From Flavobacteriales bacterium (GTDB taxonomy: Bacteria > Bacteroidota > Bacteroidia > NS11-12g > UBA955): a stretch of DNA of 64,000 nt. Shown here piece by piece: positions 9,904 to 21,046 of the stretch. The DNA lies in contig CANKVN010000002.1 in NCBI GenBank assembly GCA_947487055.1, positions 820-64,819 on the forward strand. Reading direction: 5' to 3'. The notes below the pieces were generated by a model, which saw nothing but the letters and a program-made list of their open reading frames with translations, was not told the DNA's origin and did not search any database. Numbering within the stretch: the first letter of the stretch is position 1; each line of letters opens with the position of its first letter. The translations under genes were made by a program, and so were the position numbers.

Positions 9904-11583
9904 TTATTCGTGATTGGATTTTTTTACATATTTCAACAGCAGCCTGTTTGTCGCATCGTTGCCCAAACCTTTGACACGCTTTTGAATGAGCCGCAAGCTT
10001 TGGTCGTAATAGAGCACTAATGCTGGCGCCTGATGAATGAGTACACTGTCTGCAAAGGCCATGGTTTTTAGCCTGTTGATACCGGTATCCATAAAAGAGC
10101 GTTCGTATGCCTTATCAACTTCTGAATGCGTAAAATGGGTATAGTTTGGCCCATTGGGACTGAAATTCCTGGTATAAAAACAAGCCAGATAATTCTCCGC
10201 ATCCGGCACATCCGCAATCCATGAACCGCGAAAAATCCCCAGTTTGCCTTTGTTACGCATTTGCCGGAGCATACCGCCCGTTTGCACATCGATGTTCACA
10301 TTCACCCCAATATCTGCCCATGCCTTTTTCAAAAAGACCGCCATATCAAGGTAATCGGCGGTGGTGGTAAGCGACAATGCTTCCAAACCTTTTCCCTGCG
10401 GATATCCCGCGAGTTGCAATTCCTGAATGGCAGCACTTTGGCTGTAGGCTAAACCTGGAATATTCCGTCCAAGCAATACCGGCGGAACAAACCCATTGTT
10501 TCCGGGCGTGCCCAAGCCATTTCGCAAGTAACGAATCAGTGAAGCGCGGTCAACCGCCAGGCTCAATGCTCGGCGCAAGTGCACATTGGTAAGTGGATTG
10601 GGCTTATCATTGAGGCTATCGCCCAACCAAAAACCGAGGTATTCTGTATTCAAAAACGGTTTTCGCAATGCATTGAATTTGCCTTTGTACTTGGTGTTCA
10701 GGTTTCCATCGCGTGTGAGCAGTTCGTCTTTAAAACTGCCTTCCACACCATTAAAAAAATCGTATCTACCGGCCACAAAGTGCATGAAAGCTGTTTGTTT
10801 GTTCTTAATAAAATCAACATTTACGGCTTCCAGGTATGGCAATTGTTGTCCATTTATTTTTTCAAAATAATGGGGATTCTTGCGCAACACCAGTTTCACG
10901 TCTTCCTCCCAGTATTTAAGGTAAAATGGGCCGCTACCAACCGGATGATGGCCAAAATCGGGGATGGATGACGCCATTTCTTTGGGCACTACGCTGCAGT
11001 AAACGGTCCCCAGCAAAGACATCATGGTGGGATCTGGATTCTTTATCGTTAACTGAAAAACCGTATCGCTGAGGGCCTTAAATGCTTCCGATAAATCTTC
11101 GGGTATTTTGCCTGAAAAAATCCAGGAAGAAGGCGATGCTGTGGAAGGATTGGCAATTCGGGAAAAGGAAAATACCACGTCATGGGCGGTTACCCTGACC
11201 GGCTTACCTTGCGCCGGGTGAAAATAAGCGTCGGAGCGGATGAAGAACTTATACACACAATTGTTTGGGCTCAATTCCCAACGATAAGCCAGCGCAGGCT
11301 TAGGTTTCAAGGCGCTATCCAGCTCAATTAAACCATTATAGAGCTGTTGGGCTACCCAAATCTCGGACTGCGACTTGATAAAAGCAGGATCAAGTGTAGC
11401 AAGGGTTGCATCCTCGTTGTAACTGAATATCAACGAGTCCGAAACTTTATCCACATTTTTACAACCAGAAATCCCAAATGTTGTGTAGATAACTGAAATA
11501 CAAATAAAGGTCAACAATAGCCCCTTCAGGATAATTTTGCCTGACTGAAGAAAACGCTCATGAAGGTTACCTACTACGGACAT
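9904..11583 (-). CDS. ABC transporter substrate-binding protein, family 5 (peptide/nickel-type) lipoprotein
   Basis: Lipoprotein signal (...TTFGISGC). SBP_bac_5-like length and motifs (AQQLYNGL, GSGPFYLKYWE). 559 aa. Confidence 0.8.
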   Translation of the reverse strand: MSVVGNLHERFLQSGKIILKGLLLTFICISVIYTTFGISGCKNVDKVSDSLIFSYNEDATLATLDPAFIKSQSEIWVAQQLYNGLIELDSALKPKPALAYRWELSPNNCVYKFFIRSDAYFHPAQGKPVRVTAHDVVFSFSRIANPSTASPSSWIFSGKIPEDLSEAFKALSDTVFQLTIKNPDPTMMSLLGTVYCSVVPKEMASSIPDFGHHPVGSGPFYLKYWEEDVKLVLRKNPHYFEKINGQQLPYLEAVNVDFIKNKQTAFMHFVAGRYDFFNGVEGSFKDELLTRDGNLNTKYKGKFNALRKPFLNTEYLGFWLGDSLNDKPNPLTNVHLRRALSLAVDRASLIRYLRNGLGTPGNNGFVPPVLLGRNIPGLAYSQSAAIQELQLAGYPQGKGLEALSLTTTADYLDMAVFLKKAWADIGVNVNIDVQTGGMLRQMRNKGKLGIFRGSWIADVPDAENYLACFYTRNFSPNGPNYTHFTHSEVDKAYERSFMDTGINRLKTMAFADSVLIHQAPALVLYYDQSLRLIQKRVKGLGNDATNRLLLKYVKKSNHE

Positions 11584-12240
11584 TCTTGTTTTGAAATAAT
11601 TAGCGGTGGCAAATCTATGCTATTTGACCCGTTCATTAGCCCAAATCCATTGGCATCTTCCATAAAAGTAGGCGATATCAAACCGGATTACATGTTTATC
11701 AGCCATGGGCACCAGGACCACATTGCCGATGCCGTAAGCATTGCCAGCCAAAGCGGATGTACCTGCATTGGCATCTGGGAGATAACTCAATGGCTTCAGG
11801 CGCAGGGAATTGAAAATGTGCACCCCATGAATATTGGCGGTAGCCGCGAGTTCGATTTCGGAACCGTTAAAATGGTTAACGCTATACACAGCAGCTCTTT
11901 CCCCGATGGCAGTTTTGCCGGGCAACCTGCCGGATTTGTTATCCATAATACAGAAGATTGTTTCTACTATGCCGGCGATACTGCCCTCCACCAGGATATG
12001 CAGCTTATCCCCCGTCGCTACAAATTGAAATGCGCCTTTTTGCCAATGGGGAACAACTTCACCATGGACATTCTAGACGCCATTGACGCTGCCCGAATGA
12101 CCGGAACGCACACGGTTATTGGAATGCACTACGATACCTTCGGGTATATCACCATCAACCACGAAGAAGCCCACAGAGCATTCCAATCTGCCGGCATCAA
12201 CCTCCACCTGCTTAAGATAGGAGAAACCCTTACACTGTAA
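11560..12240 (+). CDS. metal-dependent hydrolase, MBL fold (UPF0173 family)
   Basis: [13 protein letters not shown]...DPF...HGHQDH His-motif of the metallo-beta-lactamase fold. 226 aa. Confidence 0.85.
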   Translation: MKVTYYGHSCFEIISGGKSMLFDPFISPNPLASSIKVGDIKPDYMFISHGHQDHIADAVSIASQSGCTCIGIWEITQWLQAQGIENVHPMNIGGSREFDFGTVKMVNAIHSSSFPDGSFAGQPAGFVIHNTEDCFYYAGDTALHQDMQLIPRRYKLKCAFLPMGNNFTMDILDAIDAARMTGTHTVIGMHYDTFGYITINHEEAHRAFQSAGINLHLLKIGETLTL

Positions 12241-12245
12241 CCGTT

Positions 12246-13082
12246 ATGAAGACCGATAAAAAACCCACAACAGGGAAAATCATTTCTATTGCCAACCAAA
12301 AAGGCGGTGTTGGCAAAACCACCACCGCGATAAACCTTGCTGCAAGCCTTGCTGTTCTCGAATACCGCACCCTGCTCATTGATGCTGATCCTCAGGCAAA
12401 CTCCAGCTCCGGTATTGGATTTGATCCGAAAAACATCAAACTGGGATTGTATGAATGCCTGGTGCAGGATATCAGCCCAAAAGATGTTATCCTTTCCACA
12501 GATATTCCTTACCTAAACCTTATGGCAAGTAATATCGACCTGGTGGGTGCTGAAATTGAACTGCTGGAAATGCCCAACCGCGAACGCATGCTGGAAGGTG
12601 TTTTAAGGCCGCTGAGAAACGATTATGATTTCATCATCATCGACTGCTCCCCTTCCCTGGGTTTGATTACCACCAATGCCCTGGTAGCTTCAGACAGCAT
12701 CATTATCCCTGTGCAGTGCGAATATTTTGCATTGGAAGGATTGGGCAAACTGCTCAACACCATCAAAATTGTGCAAGGCCACCTCAACAGGAACTTGGAA
12801 ATAGAAGGCATTCTGCTAACCATGTACGACGGACGCCTGCGCCTTTGTAACCAGGTTGTGGATGATGTGAAAACCCATTTTCAGGATATTGTATTTGAAA
12901 CCATTATCCAAAGAACCACCAAACTTAGCGAAGCGCCTAGTTTTGGAGTGCCGGTATTGTTCCATGCAGCGGATAGCCGTGGCAGCATGAATTACCTGAA
13001 CCTGGCTAACGAAATTTTGGAAAAAAACGGCTACATCAAACCTGCCAAACAAGACATTAACCCCGAACTGACCATCTCATGA
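12246..13082 (+). CDS. parA: ParA-family chromosome partitioning ATPase
   Basis: [18 protein letters not shown] deviant Walker A. Directly followed by parB. Confidence 0.9.
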   Translation: MKTDKKPTTGKIISIANQKGGVGKTTTAINLAASLAVLEYRTLLIDADPQANSSSGIGFDPKNIKLGLYECLVQDISPKDVILSTDIPYLNLMASNIDLVGAEIELLEMPNRERMLEGVLRPLRNDYDFIIIDCSPSLGLITTNALVASDSIIIPVQCEYFALEGLGKLLNTIKIVQGHLNRNLEIEGILLTMYDGRLRLCNQVVDDVKTHFQDIVFETIIQRTTKLSEAPSFGVPVLFHAADSRGSMNYLNLANEILEKNGYIKPAKQDINPELTIS

Positions 13083-13969
13083 GCAACCAGATTAAAAAGA
13101 AAAGTGGCCTGGGCCGAGGTTTGAGCGCATTGCTTGAAAATGCAGAAACCGATATCACTTCAAGGGAAACCAGGCCTATTGGCGCTGTATCCCAAATCCC
13201 ACTGAATCAGCTGGAAGCAAATCCTTTTCAACCCCGCACAGAATTTGACCAGGCGGAACTCGAAGAACTTGCTTCATCCATCAAGGTTCATGGCGTAATT
13301 CAGCCCATCACCGTTCGTAAAATGGGCTACGACAAGTATCAGCTCATCAGCGGAGAAAGGCGCACCCGTGCATCCATTCTAGCCGGACTTGAGCGAATCC
13401 CTGCCTATATCCGCATTGCCAATGACCAGGATATGCTTGAAATGGCGCTTATCGAGAACATTCAGCGAAGTGACCTGAATGCCATTGATGTTTCCATGAG
13501 CTACAAAAGATTGCTGGAAGAATGTAGCCTTAAACAGGAAGAACTGGGCGACCGTGTAGGCAAAGACCGAACTACGGTAAACAATTACCTGCGCTTGCTT
13601 AAACTTCCCGACGAAATACAGGCCGGCATCAAAACAGGCAAAATCAGCATGGGACATGCCAGGGCCATGATCAATATGGACGACGTGGCCGATCAGCTGG
13701 AGCTTTTTCACCAAATCATGGAAGAAAGCCTGAGTGTGCGGAGTGTAGAAGCATTGGTGAAAGACAAAAAACAAGGTACACGCAGCGCCATAAGGCCCAA
13801 CGGAACAGACTGGGATCCCGAAGTAGACCGCATAACCGAGCAGTTTCATCAGTTGTTGCGCACATCGGTGCATTTGAAAAACAGCATGAGTGGAAAAGGC
13901 AAAATCATCATTTCGTATAAAAACCGCGCCGAATTGGAACGGATTTTGAGCCAGATTGGTGAAGCTTAA
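13079..13969 (+). CDS. parB: ParB/Spo0J chromosome partitioning protein
   Basis: ParB-N GERRxRA motif ([10 protein letters not shown]). HTH region. 4-nt overlap with parA. Confidence 0.9.
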   Translation: MSNQIKKKSGLGRGLSALLENAETDITSRETRPIGAVSQIPLNQLEANPFQPRTEFDQAELEELASSIKVHGVIQPITVRKMGYDKYQLISGERRTRASILAGLERIPAYIRIANDQDMLEMALIENIQRSDLNAIDVSMSYKRLLEECSLKQEELGDRVGKDRTTVNNYLRLLKLPDEIQAGIKTGKISMGHARAMINMDDVADQLELFHQIMEESLSVRSVEALVKDKKQGTRSAIRPNGTDWDPEVDRITEQFHQLLRTSVHLKNSMSGKGKIIISYKNRAELERILSQIGEA

Positions 13970-14501
13970 ATCCATGAAATGGCTGTTTATCCTTTGTTTA
14001 TTAACCGCAAGCGTTAGCCTTCCATTATCGGCGCAATCCGATTCTACCAAGGCCGCCACCAAGCCACCGCTTAGGTTGTTCTCCATGAAACCGCCGCACT
14101 CTCCCACCAAGGCGGCCATATACAGCGCTGCCATACCGGGTCTTGGGCAACTGTATAACCGGAAGTACTGGAAAATGCCCGTTATATACGCAGGCATGGG
14201 TGCCGCTACTTATTTGATGCTGGATCAGCGCAGCAAAACCAAGGAACTTAACCTGCAGTTTGAAAAGGCATATGCCATCAACCGAGACACCATTCTCGAT
14301 GCCAACCTGATTGCCCAGCGTGACAACCACAGGCGGATGCGCGATTTTGGAATATTGGCAATAACGGCCGTCTATGCGCTTCAAATTATTGATGCAACTG
14401 TGGACGCACACTTTTTCCGCTTCAACATAGACCAGAGTTTAAGCGCCAAAATAGCACCGTCCACCACCCGATTGATTACATTTACATACCGCTTACCATG
14501 A
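13956..14501 (+). CDS. DUF5683-family protein (conserved post-parB gene of Bacteroidota)
   Basis: Signal peptide (MKWLFILCLLTASVSLPLSA). Conserved position after parB. The alternative start is the ATG at 13974. Confidence 0.65.
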   Translation: MVKLKSMKWLFILCLLTASVSLPLSAQSDSTKAATKPPLRLFSMKPPHSPTKAAIYSAAIPGLGQLYNRKYWKMPVIYAGMGAATYLMLDQRSKTKELNLQFEKAYAINRDTILDANLIAQRDNHRRMRDFGILAITAVYALQIIDATVDAHFFRFNIDQSLSAKIAPSTTRLITFTYRLP

Positions 14502-14815
14502 GCCGAATTGAGCAGATTAAATCATTCCTGACGGAAAGCCCGGAGGATGCCTTCCTGAACTATGCATTGGCCACAGAACTGGTGGGTATGGGAAAAGATA
14601 ACGAAGCAGAGGAATGCTACCGCAAGCTACTTGCTATTCATCCAAATTATATTGCCACGTATTATCATTTAGGCAAATTACTGGAAAGAAAATTAGAAAA
14701 AGATGCTGCAATGGAAATATACCGCCTAGGCATCACCAAGGCTAAAGAGGCAAAGGAACAACACAGCCTGAGCGAACTTCAAAGCGCCTTACTGGAGCTG
14801 GAATACGGCGATTAA
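14498..14815 (+). CDS. tetratricopeptide-repeat protein (small)
   Basis: 105 aa. Two TPR-like helix pairs (AFLNYALATELVGMGKDNEAEECYRKLLAIHPNYIATYYHLGKLL). Confidence 0.6.
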   Translation: MSRIEQIKSFLTESPEDAFLNYALATELVGMGKDNEAEECYRKLLAIHPNYIATYYHLGKLLERKLEKDAAMEIYRLGITKAKEAKEQHSLSELQSALLELEYGD

Positions 14816-14817
14816 CC

Positions 14818-15855
14818 TTATTTACCGCTAAACAACAACAAACCTCCGCCGGTAAGCAGCATGTTTACTATGGCCAAAGGAATCATGGTTTTCCAGCCCA
14901 GGTGCATCAATTGGTCGTAGCGGAAACGTGGAAGGGTCCAGCGTATCCACATAAAGGTGAAGATGAAGAAGCTTATTTTCATGAAAATAGCCACTATCTG
15001 TAGCACCGCAAGCACATTCTGGCTCTCAATCGCGTGCATTCCGGGGAAATTGTATCCGCCAAAATACACACAGGCTATTACCGCACTGCTGATAAACATG
15101 TTGATGTATTCGGCAAAAAGATAAAAACCCAGTTTCATGGATGAATATTCAGTGTGATAACCACCAATCAATTCACTCTCACATTCAGGCAAATCAAAAG
15201 GTGCGCGGTTACACTCCGCCAGGGCGCAGGTAAAGAAAATCAGGAAGCCCAACGGCTGGTAAATAATATTCCATTTCATGCCACCCCAACCACTTTGCTG
15301 ATCAACGATTTCCCTTAAGCTAAGGCTTCCGCTCATCATGATTACGGCAATCAATGCCAAACCCATGCCCAGCTCATAGCTGATCATTTGGCTGCTGGCG
15401 CGAATGGCTCCATATAATGAGTATTTATTGTTAGAAGCCCAGCCACCAATCATGATGCCATAAACACCAACACCCACAATACCCATGATGTACAAAATCC
15501 CGATATCGACATCAGCAACCTGTAATTCGATATTGCGGCCAAACAATTCCAGATGGCTTCCCCAGGGAATTACCGCGCTGGTAATACAAGCAGTAATCAT
15601 GGCCACACCCGGGCCAATGATGAATAGCCATTTTTCTGAACTTTTGGGAATTAATTCTTCTTTGAAGAACATTTTACCCGCATCGGCAAGGGGCTGTAGC
15701 AAGCCAAACTTACCGGCACGGTTTGGCCCGAGCCTATCCTGCAAAAATGCTGCAACTTTGCGCTCACCATAAGTGAGATAGGTGGCAATCCCCAGCGTAA
15801 TGGCGGTGAGGATGAGAATGAGTATGCTCTTTTCGAGTAACAGTGCGAAATCCAT
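14818..15855 (-). CDS. nuoH: NADH-quinone oxidoreductase subunit H
   Basis: NuoH/ND1 signature (GERKVAAFLQDRLGPNR...). 8 TM. 345 aa. Confidence 0.92.
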   Translation of the reverse strand: MDFALLLEKSILILILTAITLGIATYLTYGERKVAAFLQDRLGPNRAGKFGLLQPLADAGKMFFKEELIPKSSEKWLFIIGPGVAMITACITSAVIPWGSHLELFGRNIELQVADVDIGILYIMGIVGVGVYGIMIGGWASNNKYSLYGAIRASSQMISYELGMGLALIAVIMMSGSLSLREIVDQQSGWGGMKWNIIYQPLGFLIFFTCALAECNRAPFDLPECESELIGGYHTEYSSMKLGFYLFAEYINMFISSAVIACVYFGGYNFPGMHAIESQNVLAVLQIVAIFMKISFFIFTFMWIRWTLPRFRYDQLMHLGWKTMIPLAIVNMLLTGGGLLLFSGK

Positions 15856-15856
15856 A

Positions 15857-16825
15857 TTAGGCTTTATTCAACAGGGGTGTATGTTCAGGAATAGGTTCTT
15901 CGTATTTATTGGCTCCAATCACGGAGCGGCGATCAATATGGCGTGGACCTTCTATCACCCAGTCGGTTTTTTCTTTTTTCTCGAAGCGGCATTCATTACA
16001 AATGAACTCTTTTACTTCACCAAACTGGTCTTTTCTGGCGGTAACGCGGGCTATATCATCGCCAATCATCCAAGCCACAGCCTTGCCTGAACACTTTTTA
16101 CAATCCCGGTGGGCATCCATGGGTTTGGTGTACCAGACACGGCTGCGGAAACGGAATGTTTTATCGGTTAGGGCACCCACAGGGCATACATCAATCACAT
16201 TACCAATAAAATCGTTATCAAGTGAATTCTTAATGTAGGTGCTTATTTCGGATGCATCGCCGCGTTTCATCACGCCATGTTCACGTTCGTTGGTCAGCTG
16301 ATCTGCAGTATATACGCAACGGTAGCACAAAATGCAGCGGGTCATGTGCAATTTGATATAGTCGCCAATATCAATTTTATCGAATGTTCTGCGCTTAAAT
16401 TCAAAACGGGTTTTTTCCAAACCATGCTCAAAAGCAAGGTCTTGCAAATGGCATTCACCGGCCTGATCACAAACCGGGCAATCCAGGGGATGGTTGATGA
16501 GGAGGAATTCCACAACACCTTGCCTGGCATCCAGTACCCGCTGGCTTGATTTGTTCTTCACTTCCATACCATCCATTACGGGTGTGCTGCAGCTGGCAAC
16601 CAGCTTTGGCATTGGACGGGGATCTTTTTCACTGCCCTTGCTCACTTCCACCAAACAGGTTCTGCATTTCCCACCACTGCCTTTCAGGCTGCTGTAATAG
16701 CACATGGCAGGTGGAACCACATCACCGCCAATCATTCTGGCAGCATTGAGGATTGTGGTTCCGGCAGCTACCGAAATGGATTTCCCGTCTATGGTAACTT
16801 GGATATTATCGGTCGTTTCAGACAT
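15857..16825 (-). CDS. nuoG: NADH-quinone oxidoreductase subunit G, short form (2Fe-2S / 4Fe-4S cluster-binding)
   Basis: Cys clusters CRTCLVEV, HPLDCPVCDQAGECHLQD and CILCYRCV. Only 322 aa, as in Bacteroidota NuoG lacking the molybdopterin-like domain. Confidence 0.85.
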   Translation of the reverse strand: MSETTDNIQVTIDGKSISVAAGTTILNAARMIGGDVVPPAMCYYSSLKGSGGKCRTCLVEVSKGSEKDPRPMPKLVASCSTPVMDGMEVKNKSSQRVLDARQGVVEFLLINHPLDCPVCDQAGECHLQDLAFEHGLEKTRFEFKRRTFDKIDIGDYIKLHMTRCILCYRCVYTADQLTNEREHGVMKRGDASEISTYIKNSLDNDFIGNVIDVCPVGALTDKTFRFRSRVWYTKPMDAHRDCKKCSGKAVAWMIGDDIARVTARKDQFGEVKEFICNECRFEKKEKTDWVIEGPRHIDRRSVIGANKYEEPIPEHTPLLNKA

Positions 16826-16840
16826 GATTTACGTATTCAA

Positions 16841-18193
16841 TTATGCGGTTACAGGTTCAAATATTTTCTCTGCCACCAGGCCGTAATTGACCTGGAGCGC
16901 AGCTTTTGGTTCATTCACATGCCACTCAAATTCTTCGCGGAAGTGCCTAATGGCAGCGGCTACCGGCCATGCGGCAGCATCGCCAAGCGGACAAATGGTG
17001 TTGCCTTCAATTTTGCGTTGAATATCCCAAAGCAAATCGATGTCTTCCATTTTTCCATGGCCGTATTCCAAACGGTGAAGCACTTTCTCCATCCAGCCGG
17101 TTCCTTCCCTGCAGGGACTGCATTGTCCGCAGCTTTCATGGTGATAAAAGCGGCTAAAGTTCCAGGTATTTCTTACGATACACTGGTCTTCATCGTAAAC
17201 AATAAAACCGCCGGAACCGAGCATACTGCCGGTCGCAAAACCGCCATCTGCAAGGCTCTCGTAGGTCATTAAACGGTCTTGACCGCTTGCTGTTTTACAT
17301 ACCAGGTAATGGGGTAAAATTGGCACCGATGAACCACCGGGAACACAGGCTTTTAATTTTTTGCCATTTTTAATACCGCCGCAATAGTTATCGCCATAGA
17401 TGAACTCCTCCACGGAAATGTTCATTTCAATTTCATAAACGCCGGGTTTGTTGATGTTACCGCTTGCGGAAATCAACTTGGTCCCGGTGCTGCGTCCAAT
17501 GCCAATTTTGGCATATTCTTCGCCACCATCATTCACAATGGGAACAACCGCTGCGATGGTTTCTACATTATTCACCACCGTTGGGCGCTGCCAAAGACCT
17601 TTTACCGCAGGGAATGGAGGCTTCATGCGTGGGTTGCCGCGCTTTCCTTCCAAACTCTCAATCAATGCGGTTTCTTCTCCGCAGATATAAGCGCCGGCAC
17701 CAGGACTAACAGAGAGTTCCAGGTCAAATCCTGAGCCGAGGATATTTTTTCCCAGCCAACCATTGGCATAAGCTTCGGCAATGGCTTTTTCCAGAATCCG
17801 CAATACATACATGTATTCACCACGGATATAAATATAGGATTGGTTTGCACCCAAAGCATAAGAAGACAAAATCATGCCTTCAATAAGCAAATGGGGGATT
17901 TTTTCCATTAAATAACGGTCTTTGAAAGTTCCCGGCTCGCTCTCATCGGCGTTGCAAAGCAAATGGCGAGGAACACCATCGGGCTTGGCAATGAAACTCC
18001 ACTTCATGCCTGTTGGGAAACCTGCACCACCGCGGCCCCTGAGGCCGGATTTCTTCACTTCCTCAACGATATCGTCCGGAGACATCGATTTCAGTGCTTT
18101 TTCTACACTGCGATAGCCACCGTTTTTCCTATACACATCGTAGGTGTTGATACCTTCTATATGGTCATTCTCAAGGAGTAATTTTCTTGACAT
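16841..18193 (-). CDS. nuoF: NADH-quinone oxidoreductase subunit F
   Basis: [16 protein letters not shown] site, [14 protein letters not shown] 4Fe-4S motif. 450 aa. Confidence 0.92.
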   Translation of the reverse strand: MSRKLLLENDHIEGINTYDVYRKNGGYRSVEKALKSMSPDDIVEEVKKSGLRGRGGAGFPTGMKWSFIAKPDGVPRHLLCNADESEPGTFKDRYLMEKIPHLLIEGMILSSYALGANQSYIYIRGEYMYVLRILEKAIAEAYANGWLGKNILGSGFDLELSVSPGAGAYICGEETALIESLEGKRGNPRMKPPFPAVKGLWQRPTVVNNVETIAAVVPIVNDGGEEYAKIGIGRSTGTKLISASGNINKPGVYEIEMNISVEEFIYGDNYCGGIKNGKKLKACVPGGSSVPILPHYLVCKTASGQDRLMTYESLADGGFATGSMLGSGGFIVYDEDQCIVRNTWNFSRFYHHESCGQCSPCREGTGWMEKVLHRLEYGHGKMEDIDLLWDIQRKIEGNTICPLGDAAAWPVAAAIRHFREEFEWHVNEPKAALQVNYGLVAEKIFEPVTA

Positions 18194-18213
18194 TTTTTAT
18201 TCCCTTTTTGGTG

Positions 18214-18780
18214 TTATTCCATTCCCATGTAATTGGCCCTGGGATTGGCTTTGTAATGTGCAATGAGTTCGTCTACCTTCGCCTTCGTGAGGTGTTCGTG
18301 GAATTTCTCACCGGCCTGTAGCATGGGCGCGTAACCGCATGCTCCCAAACATTCTACGGTTTTGAGGGTAAACAAACCATCGGGGGTTGTTTCTCCATCT
18401 TTAATACCAAGCTGCTGCTCGATATACTCCACAATGCCTTCAGCGCCTTCAATCATGCAAGGTCCGGTCCGGCAAACTTCCAGCTTCACCTTTCCCACCG
18501 GTTGGGTATCATACATGCTGTAAAATGTAGCTACCTCATATACTTCCACTGGTTGAATATGCAGCAATCGAGCTACATAATCCATTGCCGGCACAGAAAG
18601 CCATCCAAATTCAGCTTGCGCCAAATGCAGCACCCGAATGAGTGCACTTTTTTGCATTCCCTCAGGATAGTGTGACGTGATGCGCCCAACTTCTTTCAGG
18701 GTTTCTTCTTTAAATGCTATTTGATTAACTGCTGTCTCCCCGTTATGGTCATTAAGCGTCCAGTTCTCCGGCAATAACAT
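18214..18780 (-). CDS. nuoE: NADH-quinone oxidoreductase subunit E
   Basis: Thioredoxin-like 2Fe-2S motifs (CRTGPCMIEGA...VECLGACGYAPM). 29-nt overlap with nuoD, so the true start may be non-ATG further in. Confidence 0.85.
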   Translation of the reverse strand: MLLPENWTLNDHNGETAVNQIAFKEETLKEVGRITSHYPEGMQKSALIRVLHLAQAEFGWLSVPAMDYVARLLHIQPVEVYEVATFYSMYDTQPVGKVKLEVCRTGPCMIEGAEGIVEYIEQQLGIKDGETTPDGLFTLKTVECLGACGYAPMLQAGEKFHEHLTKAKVDELIAHYKANPRANYMGME

Positions 18781-19972
18781 TCATGCTACTCATGGTTAAA
18801 ATCGCATCGCTGAGCAACGACCCTTTAATCATTTCCGGATAAGCCTGGTAATAGATAAAGCAAGGCCTGCGGAAATGCAAACGATAAGGGGTTCTGCCAC
18901 CATCACTAATCAGGTAATAGCCCAGTTCTCCGTTTGCACCTTCAACCGCATGGTATACTTCGCCTGCAGGAATGGGCGTTTCACCCATCACAATTTTAAA
19001 GTGATAAATTAAGGCTTCCATGCTGCTGTATACTTCTTCCTTGGCAGGAAGGTAAAAAGCAGGAACATCCGCATGGTAAAGACCTTCTGGCATGGCGTCC
19101 AGCGCTTGCTGAATGATATAAAGACTCTGTTTTATTTCCTCCTGACGAACAATAAAGCGGTCATACGTATCGCCATCTTTTCCGATAGGAATGGTAAAAT
19201 CAAAATCTTCGTAGCTGCTGTAAGGATTCATAACCCTTACGTCGTAATCAACACCTGCAGCGCGGAGATTGGGACCTGTAAAACCATAACCAATGGCCTT
19301 TTCAGGCGTTATCGGCCCAGCACCAATAACCCTATCCATGAAGATACGATTGCGGGTAAGCAGGTCATCAAATTCCTGATATTTGCCGGGAAATTCTTTT
19401 AAGAACTTTTTAAGTTTTGAGAAGAATACTGGTGAAAATTCACGTTCAAAACCGCCAATTCTTCCAATATTCGTGGTCAATCGGGCGCCACAAACCTCCT
19501 CAAACATTTCATAGATTTTCTCACGTTCCTGAAACACATAGGTAAATCCTGTAAGTGCTCCTGTATCAACCCCAATAACAGAGTTGCAAACCAGGTGATC
19601 TGCAATACGCGCCAGCTCCATGATGATGACCCGCATGTAATCTACCTTTTTAGGTACATTGATACCCGCCAGTTTTTCTACAGTCATGTGCCACCCCATG
19701 TTGTTGATTGGAGATGAACAATAATTCAACCGGTCGGTAATGGGGGTAATCTGGTTATATGGCCTTCTTTCAGCAAGCTTTTCAAAGGCACGGTGTATGT
19801 AACCGATGGTGGGTTCGCTGCTCAGGATTCGCTCGCCATCCACTTTCATTACGTTTTGGAAAACCCCATGCGTAGCGGGGTGGGTAGGCCCAAGATTGAG
19901 GGTTGCTATTTCACCATCAATGGTTTCGGTACTTACAAAATTGCCGTGGTTGTGGGTATCTAGCTGGCTCAT
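18752..19972 (-). CDS. nuoD: NADH-quinone oxidoreductase subunit D
   Basis: 49-kDa subunit signature. Conserved C-terminal ...SMNVIAGELD. 406 aa. Confidence 0.92.
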   Translation of the reverse strand: MSQLDTHNHGNFVSTETIDGEIATLNLGPTHPATHGVFQNVMKVDGERILSSEPTIGYIHRAFEKLAERRPYNQITPITDRLNYCSSPINNMGWHMTVEKLAGINVPKKVDYMRVIIMELARIADHLVCNSVIGVDTGALTGFTYVFQEREKIYEMFEEVCGARLTTNIGRIGGFEREFSPVFFSKLKKFLKEFPGKYQEFDDLLTRNRIFMDRVIGAGPITPEKAIGYGFTGPNLRAAGVDYDVRVMNPYSSYEDFDFTIPIGKDGDTYDRFIVRQEEIKQSLYIIQQALDAMPEGLYHADVPAFYLPAKEEVYSSMEALIYHFKIVMGETPIPAGEVYHAVEGANGELGYYLISDGGRTPYRLHFRRPCFIYYQAYPEMIKGSLLSDAILTMSSMNVIAGELDA

Positions 19973-20481
19973 CTTCCAAAAAATCTATCGTCTTTATCAT
20001 CGCGGGTTTCATCCTCCAAAGCATATTGCTTTAATAAAGGATGATAATCCATTTCGTCCATGTTCAATATCCTGCGTAAATCGGGGTGCCCGACAAACTG
20101 GATACCATAAAAATCAAAAGTTTCGCGCTCCATCCAATTGGCGGCATCGAATAAGGTTGTGAGGGTTGGCACTTCTGGTGTTGCCGCTGCTACGAAGCAC
20201 TTAATCCGCATCCTGAAATTATTGGTCCAGCTATGCAAATGGTACACAACACCAATTTCTTTACCCTTGTTATCGGGAAAATGAACCCCGCATAAATCGG
20301 TAAGAAAGTTCATCTTGATGGTTGGGTGCTCCATTAACCATTGGATAATCGCGGTATTCTTTTCTGCGGGAATTTCAATCGTCAGAAACCCATAAGGTTC
20401 ATCGCTGTTTATGATAAGCTCACCAAACTCCGCGGCCAAGGCTTCCAAAACACTGGCATTATTGATTTCTTGCACACTCAT
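19969..20481 (-). CDS. nuoC: NADH-quinone oxidoreductase subunit C
   Basis: 30-kDa subunit family, 170 aa. 4-nt overlaps on both sides. Confidence 0.88.
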   Translation of the reverse strand: MSVQEINNASVLEALAAEFGELIINSDEPYGFLTIEIPAEKNTAIIQWLMEHPTIKMNFLTDLCGVHFPDNKGKEIGVVYHLHSWTNNFRMRIKCFVAAATPEVPTLTTLFDAANWMERETFDFYGIQFVGHPDLRRILNMDEMDYHPLLKQYALEDETRDDKDDRFFGR

Positions 20482-21020
20482 ATGGTTTCAATATTGTAAG
20501 ACTCCAGCATTTTTTTGTATTCGTCGCTGTTTCTTCTCCTCAGGCTTTCGTGTTTGGCCAGTTCTTGAATTTTCATCACCCCTTCAATGATTTGTTCAGG
20601 ACGTGGCGGGCAGCCCGGCACATACACATCTACCGGAATGATTTTGTCAATTCCCTGCAATACGCTGTAGGTATCAAAAATACCGCCGCTGCTGGCACAG
20701 GCACCAACGGCAATCACCCATTTGGGTTCGGCCATTTGATCGTATACCTGCTTGAGAACCGGTCCCATTTTTTTGGCTATTGTTCCCATCACCATGAGTA
20801 AATCTGCCTGGCGGGGAGAAAAACTCAACCGCTCAGAACCAAATCGGCCCAAATCGTAATTTGAGCCCATGGTGGCCATAAATTCTATTCCGCAGCAAGA
20901 GGTAGCAAAAGGCAATGGCCACAATGAGTTGGCCCTGGCCATTCCTATAACTTTATCCAGCGAAGTTGCGAAGAAACCGTGTCCTTCAACGCCTTCGGGT
21001 GCATCAACTATTTTTACCAT
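20478..21020 (-). CDS. nuoB: NADH-quinone oxidoreductase subunit B
   Basis: CCGIEFMA...GACASSGG...PGCPP Cys motifs of the N2-cluster subunit. Confidence 0.92.
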   Translation of the reverse strand: MVKIVDAPEGVEGHGFFATSLDKVIGMARANSLWPLPFATSCCGIEFMATMGSNYDLGRFGSERLSFSPRQADLLMVMGTIAKKMGPVLKQVYDQMAEPKWVIAVGACASSGGIFDTYSVLQGIDKIIPVDVYVPGCPPRPEQIIEGVMKIQELAKHESLRRRNSDEYKKMLESYNIETI

Positions 21021-21046
21021 AATTCAGCTTTTATAAACTTAACAAT

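Noticed and set aside
13379-14197. 272-aa minus-strand ORF across parB/DUF5683
   Set aside because: Antisense to parB, which has clear ParB motifs. No start context or homology features.
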